From positions 186,001-250,000 of the forward strand of contig JAMDHS010000016.1 in assembly GCA_029717555.1 (NCBI GenBank): DNA of 64,000 nucleotides, written 5' to 3'. The notes below the pieces were generated by a model that was given only the letters and a program-made list of their open reading frames with translations, was not told where the DNA came from and ran no database searches. The translations under genes were made by a program, and so were the position numbers. Below are positions 1-10,701 of this stretch, in pieces. Each line of letters begins with the position of its first letter. The first letter of the stretch is position 1. The DNA is from Peribolospora baueri (taxonomy: Eukaryota).

Positions 1-443
1 GGCTTGGAGAGATTGTGGAACTGAAGGAGGATGCAGCACCGCAAGATCAGGATGTCTCTCAGCCGCCGCCGAAGTCTTCGAGCGCGGCCTCTCCATCGAC
101 ACCCAACCCCCCGTCTGGCATCAGGACATTCTCCACTCGCGCCTCTTCTCCTCCCTTGTCCTCGTCCACCCTCTCCCGCCCCCTGAGCACGTCCTCCGCC
201 GCCTCTCAAGGACTCCGGCCCGTCTCGTCGCTTTTTTCAGACTCGCCTTCCGGCGCCTCCCCCGCTCCCCCCGTCACGACCGGCGACGTCCTCTACCCGC
301 TCTTCAACGTGTCCGTCCACGAACACGCTTGGATGCACGACTACGGCGTGTGGGGCAAGGAGGAATACCTGGTCAACTTTTGGAAAAACCTAGACTGGAG
401 CAAGGTAGAGAACGTGTGGATGAAGTATTCCGGCTCGGCGTGA
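1..443 (+). CDS. RSM26: 3' part of Fe/Mn-SOD-fold mitochondrial small-subunit ribosomal protein (mS42/mS43 type); 5' end outside window
   Basis: C-terminus LYPLFNVSVHEHAWMHDYGVWGKEEYLVNFWKNLDWSKV follows the SOD C-terminal pattern (PLLxxDxWEHAYYxDY...FWxxINW). The Asp ligand is replaced by Ser and a long Ser/Pro insertion precedes it, as in SOD-like mitoribosomal proteins. Confidence 0.65.
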   Translation, partial: LGEIVELKEDAAPQDQDVSQPPPKSSSAASPSTPNPPSGIRTFSTRASSPPLSSSTLSRPLSTSSAASQGLRPVSSLFSDSPSGASPAPPVTTGDVLYPLFNVSVHEHAWMHDYGVWGKEEYLVNFWKNLDWSKVENVWMKYSGSA

Positions 444-758
444 TGGGGTCTAGTTCGCGAGCTCTGCCATCGAAGCAGAGTGCGTTTCGCTGCTGGATCG
501 GTGTTGGGAGAGCTCTGTCCTCAGCTCCCATCTCTGTAATCTAACATTCGCATGCCTCCCGCATTGCACGCATAGCCCCGCCCTGGCCCACGTTTGCACA
601 CCACCACCACGATTGACGAGCCGAGCGGAGCCGAGCTGGTGAACTGGGCAAAGAGCGGCCCTGATAGCGAAGGTGTTTATGGTGAAATGAGGGTGGGGTC
701 GAACGAGTCTACAAACAAACGTTTCGGCAGACAGGCCCTGAAAACGTCCCAGAACCTG

Positions 759-1280
759 CTACTCCTCCCTTTCCGCCCTTGCCGCAGCCTTCTCAGCTTC
801 CAACCGCTTAGCGTACTTCTCTATATCCGTCTCAGTAGCGATCATGCCCTTCTTGCTCAACTCCACCCGCGCCGCCCTTCGCACCTCTTCCTCCGCGTGA
901 CGCTCTTGCGATTCGTGTGACAGAAGAGATTTGTCCGCGCCTGCGGGTAGCGAACGGGTTAGGGTGCATGAGGATAAGTGGGTGAGCGGAGAGAAGGTCG
1001 GAGGAAGCGGAAGCTCACTGGTTACGAGGCCAAAGATGGTGGCCCCAGAGACGATGTGGCCTTTGAGCGCCAAAGTCTGTCTACGGAAACCGGGGAAGAG
1101 GTGGTGGCACATGAAGACGGCGCTCGCGCCGATGACCGTCCATTGGAAAGCGCCCCAGATCGCCGCGTTCCTCTGCAACTTGTACGCCTTCTCCTGCTGC
1201 TCCGCGCGGTGCCTCTTGCGCTCCCGAGGCGTCTCCTGTACGAGAGCGGGAGTGTATGGTGATGCTTCGGCCGAGGACAT
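759..1280 (-). CDS. Small two-TM protein, HIG1/Rcf-like (putative mitochondrial inner membrane); 2 exons, intron 941-1018
   Basis: ATG at 1280 ([11 protein letters not shown]). Hydrophobic segments [20 protein letters not shown] and [17 protein letters not shown] flank [10 protein letters not shown]-terminus is charged. GTGAGC donor and CAG acceptor. Confidence 0.6.
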   Translation of the reverse strand: MSSAEASPYTPALVQETPRERKRHRAEQQEKAYKLQRNAAIWGAFQWTVIGASAVFMCHHLFPGFRRQTLALKGHIVSGATIFGLVTSELPLPPTFSPLTHLSSCTLTRSLPAGADKSLLSHESQERHAEEEVRRAARVELSKKGMIATETDIEKYAKRLEAEKAAARAEREE

Positions 1281-1554
1281 CGTGAAGGAGATGGGCAAGG
1301 AAGGGAGAGCGAGCCAGAGGAGAACAGGAAGACCAACACTGGCTGCTTCAATGTTCGGTGGGCCCCGATTTATAGCGCGCGTGCTTACCGCAGTTCTTTG
1401 CGCTTGCCGGCTGCTTCCGGGTGCTGAGGTTTGGAAGACATCGATTGCCGCAGCTCTTGCAGTCTTCGAGATGCCAATCCACTCGCTCCCTTCTCGCACC
1501 CTCCAACGGTCCGCACACTTCCGTTCGTGGCCCTCCTCCACCTCGCCCGCCAGC

Positions 1555-3323
1555 ATGCTCACGCTCGTCGGGCCCTCGTGCTTTTCCGAGGCGAAGCGCA
1601 CCCAGCTCGCCCAGCAGATCGCTGCTCGGTGCGCCCGCGTGAACGCCATCGACGCTGTCTATGTCCATTTTGTCGTCGCTACCTCGCCTGAAGCTGAGAG
1701 CCGACTGGCCGATGCGAAGGATGCCAAGAACGCAGTCCTCTGCAGCCTGTTGGCCTATGGCGACGACAACGCACTGCAAGGCACCCGCGACGCCATCAAC
1801 GCCGCGTCGTCCGATCGCGAGACCGTCCTCTTCGTCGTCCCGCGCCCGGGCTCCATTTCGCCATGGTCCTCCAAGGCGACGGACATCGCTCGCATGTGCA
1901 AGCTGGGAGAGCACGTCCGGAGGATCGAGCGTGGGCTGGCGTTTGTCCTCCGCACACTTGATGGCGCCCCTCTGACGACCGAAGAGGTGGCCTCCTTCGC
2001 CGATCTCATCCACGACCGCATGACTCAGGCTGTTCGAGGCACGCCGCCCGCGGAGAAGGACCTCTTCCACCAGGGCCAACCCAGCCCGCTCAAGGTCGTC
2101 GACTTGATCGGCGGTGGCTCAGCCAGCGTTGCACAGGCCAAGGCGCGGCTTGTGGCGGCCAACAACGAGCTCGGATTGGCACTCGCAGCAGACGAGATCG
2201 ACTACCTCGTCCAGGCCTTCGTGTCCGGTCAAGCGTCGACGTCTTCCGAGGGCTCTTCTGATCCCCTATTGCGCAACCCAACGGATGTCGAGCTGTTCAT
2301 GTTTGCCCAAGTGAACTCGGAGCATTGTCGGCACAAGATCTTCAACGCCAACTGGACGGTCGACGGACGAGCCATGGAACGCTCTCTGTTCAACATGATC
2401 AGGAACACGCACAAGCTCCATCCCCAGCACACTATCTCCGCCTACTCTGACAACTCAGCCGTAATGGAGGGCTACGCCGCCGAGCGATTTGCCCCTCATT
2501 TCGGCCGCCCTGGTGCGGCGACTCCATACGCCCCGGTGCAGGAGGACATGCCGATGCTCATCAAGGTCGAGACTCACAACCACCCTACGGCAGTGTCTCC
2601 CTACCCTGGCGCGGCTACGGGCTCTGGAGGAGAGATCCGTGACGAGGGTGCTACCGGTCGGGGGTCCAAGCCCAAGGCCGGCCTCGCGGGCTTCAGCGTC
2701 TCCAACTTGCTCATCCCCGATTTTGTCCAGCCGTGGGAGACGGACTTTGGCAAGCCTGCGCACATCGCGAGCGCTCTCGACATCATGGTTGAGGCGCCTC
2801 TGGGTTCGTCCGGCTTCAACAACGAGTTCGGCCGCCCAGCGCTCACAGGCTACATGCGCACGTTTGCGGAGAAAGTTCCGACGCGCGTGGAAGAGAAGGA
2901 TGGAAAGTTGGCGGTGACGGGGACGGAGGTCCGGGGCTATCACAAGCCCATCATGATCGCCGGTGGCTACGGAAATGTTCGTCCCGCCTACTCTCTCAAG
3001 TCCTCCATTACCCCAGGCGCGCATTTGATCGTTCTGGGCGGACCGGGCATGCTCATCGGCCTCGGAGGTGGCGCCGCCTCATCCATGGCGTCCGGTGCCA
3101 GCAGCGCAGAGCTTGACTTTGCCTCTGTCCAGCGCGACAACCCGGAGATGCAGAGGAGGGCGCAGCAGGTGATAGACTCGTGCATCTCTGCAGAGATCAA
3201 TCCGATCCAGTCCATCCACGACGTCGGCGCCGGCGGTCTGTCCAACGCTCTTCCTGAGCTCGTCCACGACGCCGATCTTGGGGCTCGCTTCGAGCTGCGC
3301 GACGTCCTCGTGGACGATCCCAG

Positions 3324-3354
<31 letters not shown>

Positions 3355-5787
3355 AGTCAGGAACGATACGTGCTCGCCGTCGGCCCCGAGAATCTTGCCG
3401 CTTTCGAGGCCATCGCCAAGCGAGAGCGGGCACCGTACTCGATCGTGGGCGTGGCGACGGAAGAGCAGAGGCTCGTCGTGACCGATCGTCTTCTCGGCGG
3501 TACGCCCATAGATTTGCCCATGTCCACGCTATTCGGCAAGCCCCCCAAGATGTCGCGCAGCGCTCAGTCTGCGAGGCCGGCTCGCATCGCCTTCGACTCG
3601 TCTCTGCGGTCTTATTTGCCCAACTTGGACGGTCACGGCGTACTTGCTGAGGCGGTCGATCGCGTCCTCCACCTTCCTTCGGTCGCATCCAAGTCATACC
3701 TCATCACTATCGGTGACCGCACCATCACTGGGCTCGTCAGCCGAGACCAAATGGTCGGACCATGGCAAGTGCCGGTTGCTGATGTGGCCATCACCCAGAC
3801 CAGCTACGGCTTTAACACTCTCACCGGAGAAGCTATGGCGATGGGCGAGCGAACACCCCTAGCTCTTCTCTCCGCCCGCGCCTCAGCCCGGATGGCTGTT
3901 GCGGAGTCATTGACCAACTTGGCTGCCGCTAGCGTGGAGAGCATCGAGCGAGTGAAGCTGAGCGCGAACTGGATGTGCGCCGCCTCATATGGTGATGAAG
4001 GCGCTCGATTGTATGAGGCTGTGCAGGCTGTTGGGATGGACCTCTGCCCTGCACTCGGCATCAGCATCCCTGTCGGGAAGGATTCGATGTCCATGTCGAT
4101 GAAGTGGGAAGACAAGCAGGTTACAGCACCGCTTTCCCTCATCATCACCGCCTTTGCCCCCGTCAATGCCATCCATCGCACCTGGACACCTCAGCTCCGG
4201 GCCTTTGTCGAGGACGAGACCGTGCTCGTCTTCGTCGACTTGGCGGCAGGTAAGCAGCGACTCGGCGGCTCCGCTATCGCACAGGTCTTCAAACAACTTG
4301 GAGACGAGGCGCCAGATGTCGAAGATGCTCAGCAACTCAAGGCCTTCTTCAACGCCGCCTCCGAGCTCAAGAAGTCTCACCCCGATGTCATGCTCGCTTA
4401 CCACGACCGATCCGACGGAGGCTTGCTCACCACCGTGCTGGAAATGAGCTTCGCCGGTCGAGCGGGCGTGGAGATCATGCTGGACTCCGTGGACAAATTG
4501 GGCGATCCCGTGGCCGCCCTTTTTAACGAAGAGTTGGGCGCGGTGTTCCAGATGCGCAAGAGGGATGTGCCGACCTTCACGGAAGTGCTCGTCCGTGCCG
4601 GCGTGTTTTCGTCCGCGGTTCATGTCGTCGGTCGAGTCAGGAGGGACCCCAAGGATCAGACCGTCGACATCCTGTCTCGTGGCCAGGTCGTTTTCACCTC
4701 GACGCGTGCAAAGCTTCAGGCCGCTTGGGCGGAGACCTCCTACCGAATGCAGGCGCTGCGGGACAATCCGTTGGCCGCCAAGGAAGAGTTTGAGACGATC
4801 ACCGATGACGGCTTCAAGGGCCTGTCGTACGAGCTTTCCTTCGACCCCGCCGAGACATTGCCGGTACCTAAGGTCGTCTCGCTCAACGATCGTCCCAAAG
4901 TTGCGATTCTTCGCGAGCAAGGCGTCAACGGCCACATGGAGATGGCATGGGCATTCCACGCCGCAGGTTTCGCCGCCGTCGATGTCCACATGTCTGATAT
5001 TATATCCGGAGCAGTGTCCCTCGTCGGCTTCAAGGGTATCGCCGCCTGCGGTGGCTTCTCATACGGCGACGTGCTCGGCGCCGGCAGCGGCTGGGCGAAG
5101 TCGGTTCTCCTTCACGCTGGTGCGAGGAGGGAGTTTGAGCGTTTCTTCAGCGAGCGCAAGGACACGTTCGCCCTTGCCGTGTGCAACGGCTGCCAGCTCT
5201 TCAGCCACCTTCGCGACATCATCCCGGGCGCACAGACGTGGCCGTACTTCAAGCAGAACGAGAGCGAGCGGTTCGAGGCTCGGGTGTGTAACGTGGAGAT
5301 CGTCCCTCGCCGGGATTCGGAGAACACGTCCATCTTCTTGACCGGGATGACGGGATCGAAGCTTCCCGTTGCGGTCGCGCACGGTGAAGGCCGCGCCGCG
5401 TTCGTATCAAAGGACGACGAGGCGTCGGTGAAGGCACAAGGTCTAGTCGCCGTCCGATACGTCGATAGTGAGGGCAAGCCGACGACGCGCTACCCTCTCA
5501 ACCCCAACGGCAGTCCGGACGGTGTCACGGGCGTCCAAACGCCCGACGGCAGAGTCCTCGCCTTGATGCCACACCCGGAGCGCGTCGTGACCGAGTACGC
5601 CAACTCGTGGGTTCCCGACGGAGTGAACTGGAAAGGAAAGGGGCCGTGGCATCGGCTTTTCGTCAACGCAAGGTGCGTACATGGTTTTGCTGTCTTCGTC
5701 GTCTGGTCGTTTTTTCGTCGATCAAATTAGGTTGACCGAGACAAATCACTCTGGAACTCGTTTTGCGACAGACTCTGGGTCGGATAG
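1555..5787 (+). CDS. ADE6: Phosphoribosylformylglycinamidine synthase (PurL/FGAMS); exons 1555-5672 and 5772-5787
   Basis: Motifs [49 protein letters not shown], glutaminase GGFSYGD, AVCNGCQ and MPHPER. Splicing GTGCGT..GACAG gives the canonical end ARLWVG*. Confidence 0.97.
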
Positions 5788-6730
5788 AAAGAATTGTACA
5801 CACACAAGTCGCCCAGTCGCGTCCGTTTGGGATAGAAGTAAATGAGCTTACTTGGAGGAAACCGTCGGTGTGCATTCGTCTTTCCGATATAGACAACGAG
5901 CGATACCGATCGCGTTGTGGAGGAGTGGAGGATATGGACAGTTTACCTTTTGAAAAGTACCTTGCCAATCCTATTAGCGCTAATTGTACTCCCATCCCCC
6001 TCATGTACCTACTGGAGGAGCTTCGCTCCGACGTCGACTTGCGGAATGACGACGACGCACGGCAGTGCTGGCCTTCTTGGGTCGCCACCGATGGGGGCTT
6101 GCCCCAGCTGCGATCTGCCATGTTTCGCCCTCCGGTTACGAGGGAGTGCATGGCGCACGAAACGGCATCTCTGCGAATATCTTCTGTATGGGCGATAGAT
6201 CGCCCCATCTCCCATGGTTTACTAACCAAAAGGCTCGGGGGCCCTCAGCCCACCGACGTGAAAAAAAAAAAATAAAAAAGCGACACGACACCTCGGAGCT
6301 CATCAGCAACTTCGCCTCGAGCGGAACGAGGCCGCAGAATCCTTTACGATCCATCTTGTCAGAGCGTTAACGAGAGTAGCATTCCTTATGGGAAGAAGGA
6401 TCCGTCGCGTCGAGTTACACCCACCGACGAGCCCTCTACGTAGGGGTCTCCGACGGAGCGCAAGCCGATCTGTCGGCGTGAGACAGGGGCGGGACAACGA
6501 TGAAGACTCAGAAGCAGCATGTAACTTACATTGGGCGATGAAGGAGGAATCTTACCCAAGAAGATGGGGCGGGGGTAACAGGGCAACTAGGACGAGAAAG
6601 TCCATAAGATAGAGGAGGTACGGAAAGAATAGTGCTAAATCGAGTCGCTGTCTGCAACCGAGCAGAAAATCAAAGGGAAGAGAAAGAAGACGCGAAACCG
6701 AAGATGAAAGTATGACCGAGCGCGAGCCTG

Positions 6731-7510
6731 TCAGATAACGATGCGAAGCACGCCAGCGACGGCAGCGGCAGCGCAAAGAGAGAAGAAGAGGGCCGAAGTC
6801 GGTTCGGTGGAGGACAGACGCGGGGCAGAGGCGTGCTTCATGGACGAAGAAAGGCGAACAGAGAAGGAGGAGGAATGACCCGGTGGTCAGGATGCGGTAA
6901 AGAAAAGCAGGGCAAAGATATACATATGCCGGTGAACGGAATGCCAACTCACCTGCAGATGCTGGGGGTCAGGGATAAGGTTGCTGGCGCTAGGGCCCAA
7001 CGGCTGTCCATTGGCGGAGAGGCTGCTGCTGAGAGAGTAATCAACCGTGGGCTGGACGCTGCTGATGGGTACGCCGTAAGTGAAGGTGTAAGCGCTCCCG
7101 CCGGCCGCGGAGGGTCCGAGGCCGGTAATGGTGGTCGCCACGCCTCGGGAGGCGGAAGGGAAGGTCGTGGGCGGGGTGTAGGTGACCGAAGGAGCAAAGG
7201 CAGAGGTCGCAAAGGAGGCGGGGAGCGTGGGGATCGTGCCTGTGGGAGCGATAGCTGTCGTCGGCGAGGTGGTCGCCGGACCGGCCTGCGCGAATGAGAG
7301 AGGTAGGGCGCGGAGACAAGGACGGTTGACGGCGTATGGGAAGTGAGTCGTCTTTCTCCTTTTCCTTCTTTGCTTTTGGTTGTGTACGAACGAGGTTCAT
7401 CAAAGCCAAACACACGCTCGCTCGCTCACCTGCACCCGGAAGGCGGTTAGCAAGCACGTCGAGAAAAGGAGAAGAAGCACGAGCCCGGCGGGCTTGAGCG
7501 CGAAGGACAT
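6731..7510 (-). CDS. Ser/Thr/Pro-rich secreted, probably GPI-anchored cell-surface protein (~172 aa); exons 7430-7510, 6953-7285, 6731-6835
   Basis: Signal peptide MSFALKPAGLVLLLLFSTCLLTAFRVQ, S/T-rich body, hydrophobic tail SALFFSLCAAAAVAGVLRIVI*. All exons are phase 0 with GTGAG donors. Confidence 0.75.
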
Positions 7511-7924
7511 GGTGGTGGGGTAAGGAAGCGAGACAATGGTGGTGGAAAAGAACGTGAGGGCGGCTGAGGGCGTTCACCTCGTCGTGTCGGGGAAAGGAGG
7601 GGAGACGAGGGAGTGATATGAAGGAGGGACGGAGGGATATGTACGAGAGAGGAAGAAGAGCGTGACCGCGAGGCTCTCGCCTGCGGGGTTTTCACGACTG
7701 CGGCGGCCCCGCGGGGAACCGTCGGGGAGATGGCAAAAGTAGGGTTGCGTCGACGCGCCTTAACGCGCACCCAAACAAATTGTCGCGACGTCGCCGCGCT
7801 CTTGCCTCGTCGATCCCACTCTCCGACTGCCTTGGCCTCCTCTGCTCCATCTCGCTTGCACCGGAGAGCCCCCTGTTTCTTGCTCCATTTACTTGCTCTT
7901 TTTATTTGTGTCGACGCTGTTCTA

Positions 7925-9822
7925 ATGGCTTCCTCCACCTACGTCTTCCTCCATCCTACGGGTGAGCACACGTCGGCTGACCTTTTCCTTTTCCTGTCGT
8001 TCGCTGACTTCGTTTCTCCCCTTGTTTGGCATCTCAGGTATCTTTGGAGGCTCATCTACGGCCTCTGATTTATCTATTGCTTCCTCCTCACCAGATGGTC
8101 GTCATGCCACGGAACGCGGAGAGCGTCGCGAAGAGACGCACTTCCTTCGCCTCCCCCATCCCAGGACGGGTGAGCACGCGGCCGTGCGAATCCCAGATTG
8201 GAGAAGGATGAACGTGTGGGCAGGTCTGACCAGTTTCGTGTTGTGACCTCTGTCATGCGTCAGGTATTCCCTCTCTCTACCTTCCTTACACACCACCAGC
8301 GACCGCTTTGCCTTCCACGTCCGCCCTTCCTCTCCCCTCTCCCACCTCTCCGCGACACGAGCCCTCTCTCCAACCGCCTGACGCCCTCACAGAAACGCCT
8401 ACGCCGCGGCTCGAACAGGCTGACATGGATGTGCCGAATCACCAGGACCGCACTCACATCCTCGAGCTTCAGGCTGTCGCGCCCGAGGCGCAGAGGTCTT
8501 GGCTCTTTAAAGGCGGAGCCGTCCACAGCGGAGAGGTCGTGTCTAGTGAGCGCCGGTCCCGTCGCGCATGCCTTCTGGCTCCTCTTGCCTCTAGGACTTT
8601 TCCTTTTGTCTTCTGACACATTCGCTGCTTTTGGCAATCTTTAACCGCAGACGGCGCACTTCATATCTTGACCCCCGTCGACCCCGTCCTCATTCTCGTC
8701 CCTATTCTGACATCCGTGCTTCACTCTGTAAGTCTCCTTATCTCCTCGCTGCAGTTATGGAAGACTGAATTTGCGCAGCGAGCCTAACCCCTTTCTTCCT
8801 CGTATCCGTTCTTTTTTCATGCAATAACGCGATCGTCATCAGGATCGCGATTCATCGTCTCGTTTCCTACCCCTTCCCGACCTCTTTGAGACTGCCGCTC
8901 AAATGCTTTGTCGACCGCCTTGTTCGACCCGCTCACAGGGCGATTCCCAACAGGGACAGGAGGATGGTGATCAAGACGGACGCTCCTGGGGCGACGTCCT
9001 CCTTTTTGGCGAGACGCGAGCGGCTCGAGATGCTTTGGAGAAGATATGCGAGTCACAACGTAAGCCTTTTTCTACTTGAGCAATGTGCCACGAGCGGAGC
9101 ATCTTGGCTCACGTCACGACCCCTCATCCTCTCTACGTTTGTCCGTAGAGCTGACGCCAGACCTGAAAGTGTACCGCCTCTCCAGTTCGAAGCTGATATC
9201 TTATCTTCGAGCCCGTGTCGCAAGCCTCTCTTCGCCCGCCGTCTTTGCGCGCTATCCGAACACGCTCGGGCGACTTCTCGCCAAGATGGGGCTGGACTCC
9301 GAGGTGGATGGGGGTGGAGAGGAGAAGCTGAGCGAGGCGCGCGATGACAAGACGAAGGAGCCACTCGACCTCGCAAGGACCAAGCTGGCCGCGGAGCTGC
9401 TCTGCGGATGGCTCAGCGAGAGCGTCGCCGCCGAGCTGATGAATTCCTACGAGCGAGTATCACTACTGTTTGTTGGTTCACACCCCATCCGTTGGTCGGA
9501 CGGACAACATCGACTGATCCGTGTCCGTGTCACCTATCCCGACAGTTTTTCCCAACTGGACGAACACCTCGCTCGGCTCTCGTCGTCGACCAGCCTGTTC
9601 GACCCCACCGCGGCCTTTCCAACGCCAGCTCTCTCCCTCTCCTCCTCCCTATCCTCCGTCAACGGCTCGTCGTCGGCGCTCAAACGAAAGCGCTCGGAAG
9701 ATGGCAAAGGCGTCAAGGCCAAGAATGCGTCGGCCAGAGAGAGCGTGGGCGTGCGAAAGCTCAGGAAGGCGAGCACAACGGGGATGAAGACGCTGGATAC
9801 TTTTTTCGGAAAGAAGGCTTGA
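7925..9822 (+). CDS. RNH202: Ribonuclease H2 subunit B (multi-exon)
   Basis: Exon peptides FLRLPHPRTG, ILELQAV..QRSWLF, DGALHILTPVDPVLILVPIL, YRLSSSKLISYLRARV, and a C-terminal PIP-box-like KASTTGMKTLDTFFGKK. Confidence 0.85.
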
Positions 9823-9970
9823 CTCTCTAGGAGAAGGAGCCGACGACCGGGTGTGGTACTGTTCGTTCTTTTCACGTTCCTCGTTCCTCGTTTCTCGTTT
9901 TTTTTTGGCTTCTCCGTCTCGCCTGTTCGTATTTTTATCTTTGATTCTCCTCGTACATCTGTGGGCACAC

Positions 9971-10183
9971 GTTCCGATGTAGAGCGAGGACGCTAGGTCA
10001 GCGACGGGTGACCCTCGGTGTCCTTGTCCAGGAGCCGGGGGACAGGGAAAGGTTAAATCCCGACCGGACTGCTCAAAGAGGCAACCTGCCTTTCTTATCA
10101 AATCAAATCGGACCTTATGCACATCTGCTTGCTGTCCCCACCACTTCGAGGTCATCATGCACGACCTTAAGATCAGAAGGAAC
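9971..10183 (-). ncRNA. Candidate structured non-coding RNA (long nested stem-loop), identity unknown
   Basis: Seven nested inverted-repeat pairs seen by eye. G-U wobbles form only on the minus strand. No credible ORF here. See findings. Confidence 0.3.
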
Positions 10184-10208
10184 TTCTCGGCCGCCGTATC
10201 GCGGGCCT

Positions 10209-10246
10209 CGTTCGTTCGTTCGTTAGTTAGTTTGTTTGTTTGTTTG
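10209..10246. repeat. Compound tetranucleotide microsatellite (CGTT/AGTT/TGTT)n
   Basis: cgttcgttcgttcgttagttagtttgtttgtttgtttg. Confidence 0.8.
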
Positions 10247-10701
10247 CCCGGTCGGTTGGTGGTTGGCACGCGCGGACCGTGGCAAGTGCCGACCCACTTC
10301 GCGTCGGTCTCAGGACGAGGAACAAGGAACAAGGAACGAGGGGACAAGTGGAGAAGCGCTGGAAAGACTCGATAACGCGGACGGCGCCGAGGATGTGTAG
10401 GAAGGCGGAAGGCGAAGAGGGGAGGAGACCTTCTTCCATGTGCAAACCGTGCGCCTGTCTGTTCGCGTTCGCGTTCTGCCGCAAACTGTTCTATTCCATT
10501 GGGATGGCATGATGGCCAACGTCTATTCCGTCTTGTTGTGTACGAACTCATGGGGTGTAAACGAGCGAGCGAACCGGTGAAATACGACATATTATCGCAT
10601 CCACGGCAGGACGGGCCCATCTGTTCCGATAGGGAACGCCTTGGATGCCACCCCCCCGCCCCCTTCCGACGCGTTAAATAACACCCACCCCCACCTCCGC
10701 T

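Noticed and set aside
931..1649. Overlapping antisense ORF extensions (208 extra aa on ADE6; 123 extra aa on the small minus-strand gene)
   Set aside because: Both begin at TTG/GTG-type starts in the ORF track and cross a divergent promoter. PurL similarity starts at ATG 1555, and stop-free frames are expected at this GC content.
5763..6275. 170-aa plus-strand ORF after ADE6
   Set aside because: Non-ATG start overlapping the ADE6 intron and last exon, no recognisable motif, ends in an A-tract.
9649..10620. 323-aa minus-strand ORF; TPP riboswitch, U2 or SRP identity for the hairpin
   Set aside because: The ORF reads through microsatellites and has no motifs. CTGAGA and CTGATC are present but the TPP GnTAATnC loop is missing; the U2-like words are in the wrong order; there is no GNRA-capped SRP helix 8.
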